The notes below the pieces were generated by a model. That model did not search any database and was not told the DNA's origin. It saw nothing but the letters and a program-made list of their open reading frames with translations. A DNA stretch of 61,177 bases, the filler included, from Sphacelaria rigidula (Eukaryota): the NCBI GenBank assembly GCA_964200075.2. It is 10 parts of 10 records of this genome, joined end to end, with 100 filler letters (N's around TTAATTAATTAA, not from the genome) between each part and the next. Parts side by side here need not be neighbours in the genome. Positions count along the whole stretch, not along the records: positions 12,257 to 18,284 come from CAXNAA020022700.1; positions 18,385 to 24,412 come from CAXNAA020022701.1; positions 24,513 to 30,540 come from CAXNAA020022702.1; 7 more parts are not named here. One strand, written 5' to 3'. A program made the position numbers and the translations under genes. This document shows, in pieces, positions 12,770 through 24,789 of this stretch. Each line of letters starts with the position of its first letter. The first letter of the stretch is position 1.

Positions 12770-12961
12770 TGAAAATGCAAGTTTGGCAAAAAAAAAACTG
12801 TGGCCACCTGGAAACGCAAAGATGTTCTGAAACGGTCTCCACGAGTAGAGCAAGTCATTCCAAGGGTCAACGTCTGCCTAACCCTCTTTTAGGGCGCAAG
12901 ACGACGCAAACGGATCAAGAAGATCGTATTCAACAAGTGTTTTTACACATGGAAAGTGGCC
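12770..12961. mobile_element. One arm of the long-TIR MITE family seen complete at 37921-38284; another partial copy at 48560-48725
   Basis: Shares CTGAAACGGTCTC.ACGAGTAGAGCAAGTCA.TCCAA.G.GTCAAC...CCCTCTTTT.GGGCG and ends in AAAGTGGCC. Confidence 0.75.
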
Positions 12962-13069
12962 GAATACATCAGAGGAACAAAGATCCAGGCGGCATGATCG
13001 CTGCTTGTTGTGCTCAAGATCTTCACCGTATTCCAATCCAGAGCATACGAAGTATACACAAATATCGAC

Positions 13070-13260
13070 ACGGGATTTTACAAATTGGGGTAGATTGGGC
13101 ATGGATTTTGTATTCAAGGTGAGAACCCGGAGCAAAAAAATATTCGTATCCACACCGAATCTTCGAAATATAATTCCAGCTCTCCACCTAGTGGTAGCTA
13201 TTGACAACTAGTACACGACATACAAGTTTGAATCCATATAACCGACATGTTCGGGTCCTA
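13070..13260. repeat. Dispersed non-coding repeat (probable DNA-transposon end); second copy inverted at 20725-20910
   Basis: Both copies share GGATTTTACAAATTGGGG...TTCGTATCCACACC.AATCTTC.AAATAT...GGTAGCTATTGACAACTA.TACACG.CATAC. Confidence 0.75.
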
Positions 13261-14317
13261 CCTTACGGAGTTAGCTAGGCTAAAGCCTCGTGTATCAGCC
13301 AGTGCTACTCTGTGCAGCAATAGCACAGAGGATAATATGGAGTGTCCTGTACCCCAAAGATTTTCGCGCAAGGGATTCTCGCACCTATTGGATCGAATAG
13401 GTAGCTCAAACAGGAAGCTAATTCTCGTCTTCATTAATCCCAACTTTCACCACTAATCACCTGAGGCAATATAGTGGCTGATGGCTGGATGTCAAAGCGG
13501 AAAGAGTGGGAGACGTGGGTGAGGGGAGGTCAAAATGTCTCCCACAACCGACTGTCTACTGTTACAAACGAAATAATGTTGGTCATAGTGGTCGTCCACA
13601 TGCATGTCTCTACTGTATAAGTTGAGTATTAGAGCGAACAACAATAGCATTTCGATCGTGCAAGTTACGATGTTTCGCTAGCTCATGCATGATATGACTT
13701 ACTTTTACTATTACATATGGTTACACATTTCACCATTCCGTTTGGCACAGTTCGATTTTACTATCATGTCAACCTTCTAGCATCTGCCTGCTCGTTGCCT
13801 AAACTGTGAATCAACGTCGTTACAGTCTCACCGTTATGCCTGAAACAAGAGCAAGCTCACAGCACGTAGGAAAGTCCAACGCAGAACAGTACACAACGAA
13901 CGTCGCGATATCTTGATCACCACTTCAGGTCGATTCGATTCTTTTTCCACTTGGTGGGATTTACCTCAGCACTCAAAAGAGAGTGAATCCCAGGGTGCCA
14001 GCTGGATCGATTCTTGTGAAGAACCGGATCCAACCAGATGTAAAAAGGCATGTTTATATATGCCGTCTTTTGACGGATTACACCGCCTTCACCCCTGACC
14101 ACGGTACTCGCTAGTTCCCGCGATCAGCCCTCCGGGCATAGTGTCGTTTTGAAACCGACGGCCCATCATCGTACAATCTGCATCACGCCACGCTGCGATC
14201 CGTAACACTACATTCGGAGGCGTGTAGCACCTTGGGATTTGGGGAACATCAATGCGGTCTACACCCGCCCCAACACGTATCTAACAGTGGATTGTCAGCG
14301 GTCGGAAATATTTTGAT

Positions 14318-17300
14318 ATGAGTATCACATCACCTTCGACTACTCGACGCACGTACGCGAGGGCTGTTCGATCTTCGGGATCTGAAGACCAACCTTCGAG
14401 CCATGCTCGTTGTTCGGGGCTAGAAGAAAATACTATGACGCCGCGACCTGTTCTCTCCGGTACCGATTCGGACTCAGAGAACAGGACTATGCCACCGGCC
14501 GAGTCATTGGCTCCTGACAGACTTGTCAGTGAACCCAAAACGGTGGATTCCGAAGCACCCCCCCCGCTGCGGCCTGTTCTTCCGAATCCCGATGTGGAAT
14601 CCGAAGTCAGGATTGTGCCCCCAGCTGAGTCGTTGCCCCTGGACACACGTGTCCAGCTTGGCCCTGTCACGGTTGTTCCAACCGTGGCACCCCGTCGAAT
14701 GACGGTTGACAACTCTCGAGACGACTCAGTCCCGACGAAGCGTATCGCTTCTGGAGCAAGATATTTTGCCACGGGGGCTGCTTCCGTCACGGACTCCCAT
14801 CGCACGACTCTCGGCAGTTCCATGCGCCTTGCTGCGCAGTCCAATGTCGGACCAGCAGTCGCGGCCATGCATTCTGCCCTGCAGAGCATGCATCGTACTC
14901 CATCACCGAGGCATTTACGGTTTTTGACAGGCCACGCTCCAAGACCAATCGGCGTCTGCTCACGTGCAATTCAACGATGATTCTGCACCTGCCACGTCCA
15001 AACCCGTACATTTGGCGCCCCGATCGGCTACATCACGTCCTCCGTTCGTCTCTCATGAAAAATTCAACGAACACTAGTCCAGCCCCTCCTCGACTTCAAA
15101 CCAAAGTCTTGCTCGCGCTCCTGAACGGCGCCGCACACCGACAGTTGGTCACGACCACGTCACCCGTGCTAGCAGTTCCAAGGACAACTCCCAGCACAGC
15201 TTGGATTCATCGCGCGTTTTCACACGCTCAAAGAATGTCGCTCATAGTCGCACATATGACGATAGTTCACAACACAGTTCCAATTCATCGCGCGCTCCGA
15301 AGCGCCCGGTGAATGCCGACCGTGACCGTACTCACGAGGATGAGTCGCGGCACAGATCAAGTTCCTCGCGCGTTCACTCGCGCTCGAAGAACACCGATTA
15401 TGCAACCGCGCGCACACGCCGCCGTCAGTTACGCAATGACAACACAGTGCACGCCGCCGACATCAAGAATATACTCTCGGACATGTCACCGACTCTTGAA
15501 TCCTCAATTGAGAGATCCAGCCGTAATTCATCACACAACCGACGACCCCACAATGACCGCGACCTACCGTCCCGCTCTGATGCTGCGATTATTCGTTCTC
15601 TCCAACAACGATTGACAGATCTCGAGCGAGAACTAGCAAAGTCAACAATGGAAATATCAAGAACCACCGCCGCTGCCGCCACAACTGCCGCTGCCGCCGC
15701 TGCTACCTTGGTCGCTGCGCCACCTGCTACGCCAACTACAGTCATGGCCCCAGCACCCGTTGCCGCCCCGTCTGCAGTCGATACCGACGCAGATAGTGGT
15801 CCAACCACTGGCCCAGTCGCGGATGACCCCGTGCGCTCGCCCCCGTCTGTGGAGGATCTCCCTCCGCTCGGCGACGAGCATTGCCCTACCGACCTTCTGT
15901 TGAGGCTGTTCAGGAACCGCCCCCGTGTGGAACAATTGGAGCTCATCGATGATCATGCCTCGCAAGCGCCAGCGCTGGCCAAGGACGTACTGGAGAAACA
16001 ACGGGAGGCCGACACCGCTGCGGCACGCATCCTAGCCGAAGAACACGCGGCCAAGCATCAAGACCTTCAGCGCCAGGCTGCACGTGCCCAAGCAACAAAC
16101 TCCGCGACTCAACGCGCCCTAAAGGAAGGTCGCAACGCTGCGTTGGCGGCTCAGAAGTGAGTGAAAGACCTCGAGGATCATATCCGTAGGACTGCCCACG
16201 ACGCGGTCACGTCGGTGGCCTGCCTCACAAATCATCCGGTCTCTCCGCCGTCCATCGGCAACCCGCCCGGTGGTCGCTCTTCCTGTCAGCCAACGACTGA
16301 CATCTCTACTTACGTTATCCCGCATAAGTCCGACAATACGTCGTATGCTGCGGTCGCTGCCGTCCCCAAGATGGCCCCAACACGCCCGCCTCGTGCACCT
16401 AGCTCGGCGGCCGATGTCGGCCTGACGTCAGGCCTGCCACTGGCGCCTCACGAACGAGTATGGCTTTCTCGTTCCGCGGCCGATTATACCGGCCCGTTCG
16501 ACAGAACCAACCACCTTCACTGCTCCCGTCAGGCCTGGAACTTAGTGTCGCAACGCCTGCTCCACGTCATTGGTGTTTACATGGAGAAGGGCGGCTTCTT
16601 CCCCGACGAAGGCGCACCGGCTCTGACCTTGGACCAACTGGTCCTCCAGATGACTGTCGGCGACTGCCCTGATCACCAGCGTTATGTGCGCACTGTCACC
16701 AATCTCTTTGCGGCGCTACGCGCCGCTTACAACTCTGATCCCGGCGCCACCATCGCCGACGATGACCAAGATGAAGATGGGTGGACTCCCGCAAGTGCCA
16801 ACTTCAGGGGACAGAAGAAGAACCACCGGAGGGATGACGACGACAGCGATGGAGGAGGCTCACGCCGCCACCATGGTGGTGGAGGAACCTCTTTGGGCGG
16901 CTCCGGACCGAACCGCCCGGCTCGCAATACCCGCGGCCCGCCTCGCAAGAAAATCGGAGGTAATTCTTCCGGATCTTCTGCGACAGGCTGGAGCCGGTCT
17001 GGTATAGACCTGCCCCTCTCGGGTCCGGTGACACCAAGGCAAGTGGTCTTTACATTGGCTGATGTTTCGGCTCGGATTTTGGGTTTATCTGATACGGATA
17101 CACCTGACCGTCCATTGCCTTCCACTGCAGCCCGCGCTTTAGTAACCACTGCGGCTGACAAAGAACATTCCGAAGCTAGTAAAAAAGCAGCTCCCGATAT
17201 AGCCGAGTCTGCACGAGTAGCTGCAATACAGAGACAGTACATTCAGATGGATGTGAAAAATCTTAGGCACATTGAAACCATGCCTGCTGCGGATAACGAG

Positions 17301-18113
17301 GATTCGGGACAGTTTACTTCTGCCCTCATCACGTCCATTCGCCGCACTGTTTGTAACATCCTTCACTCGGCGGATGCAACTGGCACCCAACGTTTCGAAG
17401 ATTCTGATTGGGTAGAGGGCTGGCAGACTCCCTTGCATAAAGCATTACATCGATCCTTCAGCCGCCGCTCTCCCGACATCGCTACTTCTTTAACACAGAT
17501 CCTCGACAGCTTCCTCGCCGAAATGGATCCGGATCGTGCCAAGGGGAAAACAGGTCCGGTATTGCTCTCTGATTTGGAGAGGCGTTTGATAGGCTTTTTT
17601 GATAAAGGTGACCAAGCCAACGCCATGCAGAGGCTGAGTTCTTTTGCTGTCGCATCGGATGTCCCCTTCGCGGATTATCTCCGCGAATTTATGCTTTTGG
17701 TGTCTGGTACTACGGGTGTCGGACGCCAAAACGGACCGAGCGATGCAGTGTGTCAGACTTACGTTCGCAGTAACGTTGCTCAACAGTATCCGGCTCGGAT
17801 GCCGTCGTTGTTTCCGGGTGTCTTGGCGCATCGCGAGGTGCCTTACGCCTCTGTTGATGCTATGTGGTCTGCTTTTGTACACCAAGAGGGTAATCTAACG
17901 CCCGCCATATGTGGCAAGCCTTCTACGTCTCTGCGTTCACAACCTACGGTTGTGTCCTCCGCTCATGCCCAAGGGTCTTGCGGCAGGAATTCGAGTTCAT
18001 CTCGCGCTTCATGGACCCCCGACTCGGTAGCCCGTTCAGTCATGCATGTTCAGAGTACCAGAGATGCATTCAGCGCGAGTTTGGATGGTTGGCCGTTTTC
18101 TGAGGAAACTTGA
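14318..18113 (+). pseudogene. Large disrupted gag-like ORF, probably of an LTR retrotransposon
   Basis: ORFs 15201-16160 and 16161-18113 are in one frame, split by a single TGA. ORF 14318-14980 joins by a frameshift near 14920. The N-terminus is low-complexity with internal repeats, followed by a coiled coil and a capsid-like motif FADYLREFMLLV. Upstream are an LTR-like end TAACA (14282-14286) and a PBS-like TGGATTGTCAGCGG. Confidence 0.6.
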
Positions 18114-18384
18114 GATGATGTTTATTTGGCTTCAACAACGACATTCATTACAAACAGCCTGGAATCGTTATTGAGGTTCAACATCTTCATGAGGTTTAAC
18201 GGACCATCGAAATTGCATTTACTTTGTTCAAAAGGCTCGGGAGTCGCAACCGATTTCGACCACGTGCCCCTATTTCAGAAGAGANNNNNNNNNNNNNNNN
18301 NNNNNNNNNNNNNNNNNNNNNNNNNNNNTTAATTAATTAANNNNNNNNNNNNNNNNNNNNNNNNNNNNNNNNNNNNNNNNNNNN

Positions 18385-18483
18385 GGCGAAAACCCGGCGT
18401 GCTCCATCCCGGCTTTATAGGGATGCGACGTCAATGGTCTTTTGATTATGGCATGCAAGATCATGAGTACATCTCCCGCCCCC
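18385..18483 (+). mobile_element. C-tract SINE-like family A, 3' 100 bp
   Basis: GGCGAAAACCCGGCGTGCTCC...GGGATGCGACGTCAATGGTC...GGCATGCAAGATCATGAGTAC followed by a C-rich tract. Confidence 0.85.
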
Positions 18484-20274
18484 GTATAATACGACCACTC
18501 CCTAATGGTGTCGGTTAGACCAGTATCGAGGGTTTGGACCGGCACAAACTCACCCGTTCTACACTCATCGAAATATTGTTGAGTATAGTACTATCTACAC
18601 GTACAATTCCGTCGACCTTATTCTCCGAGCACACCGCATTGATACTTGAAAAAATGTTCCAAATGTCCTGTTTTGGCTACTTGTCATTGCGTCTTTACCG
18701 TGTGAAACTCCCCGCCCCCGCTCCCATCCAGACGGTATTGATGATAGCGATTTTCTCGGAGACTACGAATCTCCTAGATATAATGGAGCTTTCATCTTGT
18801 GTCGTGGGTTCCGCGTCCTCGTCAGTACTATTTCGGTTTTCGTGCATGAAGTTGTAGGCACCGATAGGGGAGATGCAGTAGTCCTTGTGTTTTGTATCAA
18901 TAGGGTATACCCGCAAGTGGGAGACTTTCGGTTGGCATACCAAACCATGACGGAATGTGAACGAGCATTCCGGAATGGTTCGGCAAGGTATCGTGCAATG
19001 TTCCAAACACTACGGCATCGCCCAGAAGGGTTTGATTCGACTGACCGATCGATTGTCGCACTTCAACTGACCCCCAGAGGTCCAGCCGTGGTCACATAAA
19101 CAGTCGCCGCAAAAAAAAACATAACTTAAACAGTCGCCGCAAAAAAAACGAAGGAACAGAAAAAGTCGACCAGAACATCGTCGTAGACCATGACGAAAAA
19201 ATACAAAACAGGAGTAAAAACTCAACAAAAGCAAAGCACAGGAAGGAATAGTATTTACCGAAAAAGCACCTTTTTTATGCTTCTGAAAATACAGTACCCG
19301 ATTTTCAGCCGGAATATTTCACAGAACGCAACCTTGCTATCTTCCGTGGCTCACCGTCCCTGCATAAGTAAGTGCCAGCGAGGGGGGGGATTTGTCCCCG
19401 TGTTGTACAACATTGATTCGATTGCCTGACTGGTTCATTGATTGATTGTCGCACATTGAGTCCAGTCGTACTCAGGAGATAGACGTACCTGAGGGAAAAT
19501 GGACGGGAATACTTGCCGGAGGAACATCGAGAAAAACAGGCTCGTGTGGAAGAGAAAAAAAACGGGGGGGAAAACGAAGAATCACGTTTCGAATGAGTGA
19601 AGACAGGGAGGAACAGCAAGAAACAAGAGCGCAAAGAAGAGAAGAGAGAGGACACGAGGATGGAAGAACAAAACAGAAAACATAACACAAAGAGAGGAAG
19701 AGAAAAAAAAAAAAACTGTAAAAAACGATAGGGTGAGATTTATACTGCTACCGAGAAAAAATCACCAGCCGATCACTCACGGATACCTTTTGGCGAGGAG
19801 ACTGCAGGCGAAGCAAATAGGCGATACATTTGCATAGATCAAAGTATATACCGGACCGAGGAGGTAATGTCCTCCGTAAATATTCTACGGCACGAGCACG
19901 AGGAGTCGCCACCTGGGGAGTGCTATCCTCCGTATACTTCATGAACACACGTCACATCATTGGCTTACCGACTGAGACTACACTCTCAGAGTTTGCGAGG
20001 TAACCTGCGAGTGTTGTCTACTGTATCTATTTTTTACTTATATGTGGGGGTCACGTACGTGGATTTTGAGCGCGTCGAGGTTCGGTCCCCGGGCCGCTTC
20101 GTAGCACTGGGGGGTGCCCATATCGTCGGGGTCGCAGTGCCAGCGTACCTCGGCCTGAGTGTTGGCTTCATCCGTGCAAAGGTAAATCTGAATTGCGTGC
20201 GACGTGGAGATGTATGATTTTGGCGGTTGGAGGAAGGGAGCTGGTCAGACGACAAATCATCGTAGTGTTGTACC

Positions 20275-20432
20275 GGGGGGGGGGGCGTACTCATTTGTTG
20301 CCTGCCTTAGTCGTTTGATCGTTGACCATGCGTCCCTTTCGAGACGGGGCATATTGTACCGGGTAGTGATGGGTTGATCCTTCGAGACCACGGACTCGTC
20401 CCGAAAAAGGGGGGGGGTTCAAAGTGCGGCAA
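20275..20432 (-). mobile_element. SINE-like family B carrying the LINE 3' tail; its body recurs at 48734-48830 (+)
   Basis: 20275-20350 matches the LINE tail at 15-95. The body CGGGA.GAGTCCGTGGTCTCGA.GGATCAACCCAT is shared with 48774-48808. The 5' limit is uncertain. Confidence 0.7.
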
Positions 20433-21309
20433 ATACACATGCAAGCCGGAGAAACAGTTCCAGGAACGGAGTCTGCCAGTGACACACTTGAGCGGACTCG
20501 AAACGTTCAAACCTGTGAAACTGGATCTCTAGCAACGTAGGTCACACGATCTCCGGTATAAGGACGCAGAACAATAAGGGTCACCGCATGAACCCTGGTT
20601 GAACGGGACCGGTACAGCCGTACCGATCCGTTCACTCATTCTTCTAGACTACCCTTGACCACGGGCGAATCCTTGCCTAAACGTCAAAGCGAAAGGGTCA
20701 CCTAAATTGCCCAAGATCGGTTTTTGACCTAGGACCCCGAAATTTCGGTAATCGAAATCCAAATTCGTATGGCGTGTAGTAGTTGTCAATAGCTACCAGC
20801 AAGTGAAGAAATCGAACCATATTTTGAAGATTTGGTGTGGATACGAAATTTTCAATTCTCCGGCTTCTCATCCCCAATGAAAAAATCCATCCCCAATTTG
20901 TAAAATCCAGGGCTAGCAGCATCGCACTGTACACATCACTACAATACTGTATATAACTCGGGAAAGAGCCCCGATCAGTTTGACACGTGTCCCGCTCCAT
21001 TTTCATCTGGATATCCGTTCCGAAATGGTTCGCCCCGAATCCTCTCCGAAACAAAGATATCCGGCGGGAAAATCCGTTTACAGTGTCCACCGGATAACGT
21101 TTTGCCGTCGGCAACCCGTTTTCCGCACGGTACGAAGACTTCCACCCGGAGAAACTGCCGTCTGGTAGCCTACAGGCTAGGGTTTTCTCGACTGGCAGTA
21201 AGGATAGTCGTGGAGGCTTTTCAACTGTATTAGCTGGTTCTAACTGCTTCAACGGACGGTGCTTCGGTGCTCATGTGTACGCATGGCGCCGACACCACGG
21301 GAAAGTCTG

Positions 21310-21520
21310 CGGAGACGCTCAAGTGGCGTGCGAGTAACGCACAGAGGGTAAACCCAACTGTTGCGCATGTCGCACGTGGCGCTCCAGCTCTTCCTGCATC
21401 AGCAGGTCCTCGAAAATGTGTGTTTTCGCATAAAGACCTGGTAATGACTCAGGGTCGGAGCAGGCTAAGGCCAGATCAACTTCAAACTCTCGTGGTCCTC
21501 AAGGGTTCTCCGTCGGTGGC
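21310..21520 (+). pseudogene. hAT transposase C-terminal dimerization-domain remnant
   Basis: TLKWRASNAQRVNPTVAHVARGAPALPASAGPRKCVFSHKDLVMTQGRSRLRPDQLQTLVVLK fits the hAT pattern L.WW......P.LA..AR..LA.PASS...ER.FS.......RSRL....L..L.FLK. Confidence 0.8.
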
Positions 21521-21654
21521 TGAGAAAGCATCTCGACCCCCACTTGAACGACAAAACGGGAAGGTTGACCGAAGTCGCTGTGGCGAGTTGTTTGGTACCG
21601 TTGGGTTCAAAATGAAGAACGTTGGTCCGATTCCCACCCAGATGTTTTATCAAT

Positions 21655-23310
21655 AGTGGATGTGGTAGCTCGTGTAGTACGACACCTCTACCCGGGCCTT
21701 GATCCCGTGCCGAGAAGTTACCTCGTCGATGAGAGACGCCATCATCTCTTGCATCGTGGTCAGAGTCGGGAGGTCGTCTACGCGAACGACGAGGACCGCC
21801 ATGATCTCTGCCCTGCTTTGAGCTTCCGGAAGACGCGGGGGTCGCGGCGTGCGATCCCTCGAGACCTATTGCCTTCAGGTCGCTAGTGAGCTTCAAGTTC
21901 CAGCAGCGGCCGGACTGTACTATACTACGCCGTAGATCGCTTTGCTCAGCCTTCCCACGGCGTCGAGAAACTCCTGGTACTCTCCGGGCAGCTCGGTGCA
22001 GATCTCAGTGTCGATATCGGTCATCCGAGAAGCTTGCTGTTTCGGAGGTGACGCGTCTTCATGTCCTTGAGTGTCCCAGCAACGAGCGCCATGCGGATGG
22101 ATGGTTCCGCCGTGCGTCACAGCAAGTGACGGTTACTCCGTGTAGTGCAGTCGTTTGACCCGCCTGCATCCCTGAGCGACGAAACGTCACTTGTGTTTCA
22201 CCACCCCGCCATGCTTCCCGATCTTTCTGGCGGAAACGCGCCCCACCGCGAGTGCCATCTTCCCTTCCGGACGCGGTACCTGACTCCATGCGTCCTTGTT
22301 GGTTGTCCCACCTATCTTCGCCCCTTCTACAGCGTCCCAGGATGACCATTCTGGCGATACCATGGCCTCCGTGTAACTCTGCGGTTCGCGAGGGAGATTC
22401 TCCCCTCGCCCAACAGGCTTCGCGATTGCCGCTTGCATCACGGGGGTATTCTATTCAGCCGGAGCCACGTTGCGTGAGACTCGAACTCGCCGTTGATGGA
22501 CAGGGTGCAACTCAGCGCGGCCTGACCGCTCCCACTTCCGCTTTCCCCTCGACCGCTCCTGTTATGTATGCTGAGAATTTTCCGGCCTAGTAGTCCGCGA
22601 TTCTCCGAAGTTCGGCTGGTGGCCTTCACTTCTCCTCTGGCGTGGACTCCACGGCTTAGTTTCGTCGCTCTCCGGCGAGTTTTGGCTACCTAATGGCGAC
22701 TCCATGATTTCCTCCTCCGCTGGCGGCTCGTTGCTCTCCAAGTATGTTTCCTCAACTCGCTCAGCTTGTATATCGCTAGCCTTCCGTCGCCCCGCTCCAC
22801 AGCCACCCACGTTTTCGACCGTCTCTGCTACTCCCCTTTCCCCCACATGGTGATTGATTACCGGCCTGGTCTGGCGAAAACCCGGCGAGCTCCGTCGTGG
22901 CTTTGTAGGGAAGCGAGGTCAATGGCCATATGACTCCGGCATGATCATGAACACCCCTCCCCCCTCCCCCCGATACAGGCTGGCTGCTGTGCCTTTTCAC
23001 CGCTCGGTCATTCCTTGGTGCTCTCTGGAGGGTTGGGAGAGATGCCCAAGATGATTCACTCCTCATCTCGTGTCTCCAGCTCTCCGCATTCCACATAAAA
23101 CCGACCGGTGCGAATGGGTGTAGTTTTGCAGTTGCCCAAGCGGGGGAGGCTTGCCGTACCACACCTCATACAGCGTGACGCCTTTTGCATTTGACGTCGT
23201 TTAGCACATCCCTGTTGTGTTAGCGGTGTGGTGCCACGCCTCCGCCCAGAACCTCTGGACGTGCGCGCCTGGTTCCTTCTTCTAGATGATAGTCTCATCT
23301 CGCAGCAACT
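21655..23310 (-). mobile_element. Ty1/Copia relic (integrase C-terminus, spacer, RT)
   Basis: Integrase end FWAEAW...TLYEVRYGKPP...LHPF (23260-23110). RT motifs EPQSYTEAM, RFVAQG, ELPGEY, GRLSKAIYG and LVVRVDDL (22400-21770). Heavily mutated. Confidence 0.85.
22849..22971 (+). mobile_element. 5'-truncated C-tract SINE-like family A copy inserted into the Copia relic
   Basis: Matches the 3' 125 bp of 53648-53957. Both flanks are C-rich (CTCCCCTTTCCCCC and CCCCTCCCCCTCCCCCC). Confidence 0.85.
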
Positions 23311-24022
23311 CCGGGGCCCTGTCGGCCACGCCGTTCGACGATTATACATGCAGATCTACAGACGTCACTACAACAGATGTAAAACGCCACCGTTGCTCTC
23401 GACCCCCCCCCGAAATGTATTCCTATCTGGTGGATAGTGCGGATACCATAGTGTCAGCGTAGCCCGCGATTTTCTTTGGCAGCTAATGTACCATGTAGAG
23501 CATCTTGCGCGGACACTGCAACACAAATAGAACACGCGCACATTTATTTCGGGGAGCATCATTGAGCCTCTCTCTTCAACTAGTGGCCACCCGTATATCA
23601 TTTCATGCCCTGAATATCCGGATATCCGTCAACCGTCGCGATCCGCAAATTTATTTCTCTGGGCGAGACCGTCCGAATTCGTTATCCGCTCCGGAGCGTT
23701 TTTTTTGGTCACGTAGCACATCTGTACAATCCATACAGTACTCGTCAGGAACCATTTCATATGTAGAAAACAAAACACTAGTCACACGGAGGTTCGAAAA
23801 AAAGAAAAAACGCAGACATCCATAAAATTGAAGGTCACCTTTGTTTCAGTTTCGGATTGCCCAATGGCATACTCTCGTGACAAAGAAAGACTGACGTACC
23901 CACCACTCTTCAGCGAACAACGCGACATGAACGACGTATTACTCGCAGACAGTATATTCCAAGGGGGGAAAAAGGCTTAGCTTCTACAACTGTGCCACAC
24001 TACCGCATCCGTTTCTTCCCCC

Positions 24023-24084
24023 AGGGATGCGTGGTCAATGGTCGAACGACTAAGGCAAGCAATAAATGAGTACCCCCCCCCCCC
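24023..24084 (+). mobile_element. Isolated 5'-truncated LINE 3' tail ending in poly(C); a very degenerate opposite-strand copy at 24322-24412
   Basis: AGGGATGCGTGGTCAATGGTCGAACGACTAAGGCAAGCAATAAATGAGTA followed by C12. Confidence 0.85.
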
Positions 24085-24512
24085 TCTAGCAGCCTTGAAC
24101 GCTTAACGTATGCAGTATACAGGGTCATGCACCACATTGGAATACTGCTGTGACATTGTAGCTCAACGGTTGCGATGCGCGCGCAAAAATCGATACACTT
24201 CCTGAAACTTGATAGGAAGGTCCCGTGGTTCATACTAGAATCTACGATATTGTCAAGGTGCATGATATCATCGTACTTCGGTTAGGGCGACATAATGATT
24301 CTACGGTGTAGGGATACGGTAGGGGGGGGGGGGGGGGCGTTTTCCTTTTTTGCTTGCCTTAGGCGTTTTATCACCGGCCCCGCCCCCCCTCCGGGCCGGG
24401 CCCCGGTTCCTCNNNNNNNNNNNNNNNNNNNNNNNNNNNNNNNNNNNNNNNNNNNNTTAATTAATTAANNNNNNNNNNNNNNNNNNNNNNNNNNNNNNNN
24501 NNNNNNNNNNNN

Positions 24513-24591
24513 CCCCGCGTCGTAGGGAGGCGGGGTCTATGGTCTGTTGATGCCGATCGCATGCATGATCATGAGGCCCCCCCCCCCCCCC
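24513..24591 (+). mobile_element. C-tract SINE-like family A tail (degenerate, contig start)
   Basis: GTAGGGAGGCGGGGTCTATGGTC...GCATGCATGATCATGAG followed by a C-run. Confidence 0.7.
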
Positions 24592-24604
24592 ATTGCCCCC
24601 GCAA

Positions 24605-24778
24605 ACCAAAAACACACGGGTTGTCGGATTTTATATACCCTCATGGCATAGTCAACCTCCGCTGGTGGGCATAGTGTGAGATGGAAATCCCAGATCGTGT
24701 GACTGCACGGAGATTCGAACCCACGACCCAACCGTCAGAGGGTTCCGAGGTTACCAACTGAGCCACCGGGGCGACCGG
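24605..24778 (-). mobile_element. tRNA-derived SINE
   Basis: Pol III A-box TGGCTCAGTTGG (24754-24765) and B-box GGTTCGAATCT (24711-24721) at tRNA-like spacing. There is no complete cloverleaf, and an unrelated body follows. Confidence 0.75.
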
Positions 24779-24789
24779 TTATGTTCCGA

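Noticed and set aside
18540..18830. Minus-strand RRFVVSEKIAIIN resembling a pogo/CENP-B HTH start
   Set aside because: Short match with stops and no DDE domain nearby.
24322..24412. Highly divergent tail copy as a new subfamily
   Set aside because: It lies downstream of a long G-run at a contig end with substitutions that extend homopolymers, typical of low-quality read tails.
24700..24778. Functional tRNA gene
   Set aside because: A and B boxes are present, but there is no proper acceptor or anticodon stem; treated as a SINE head.
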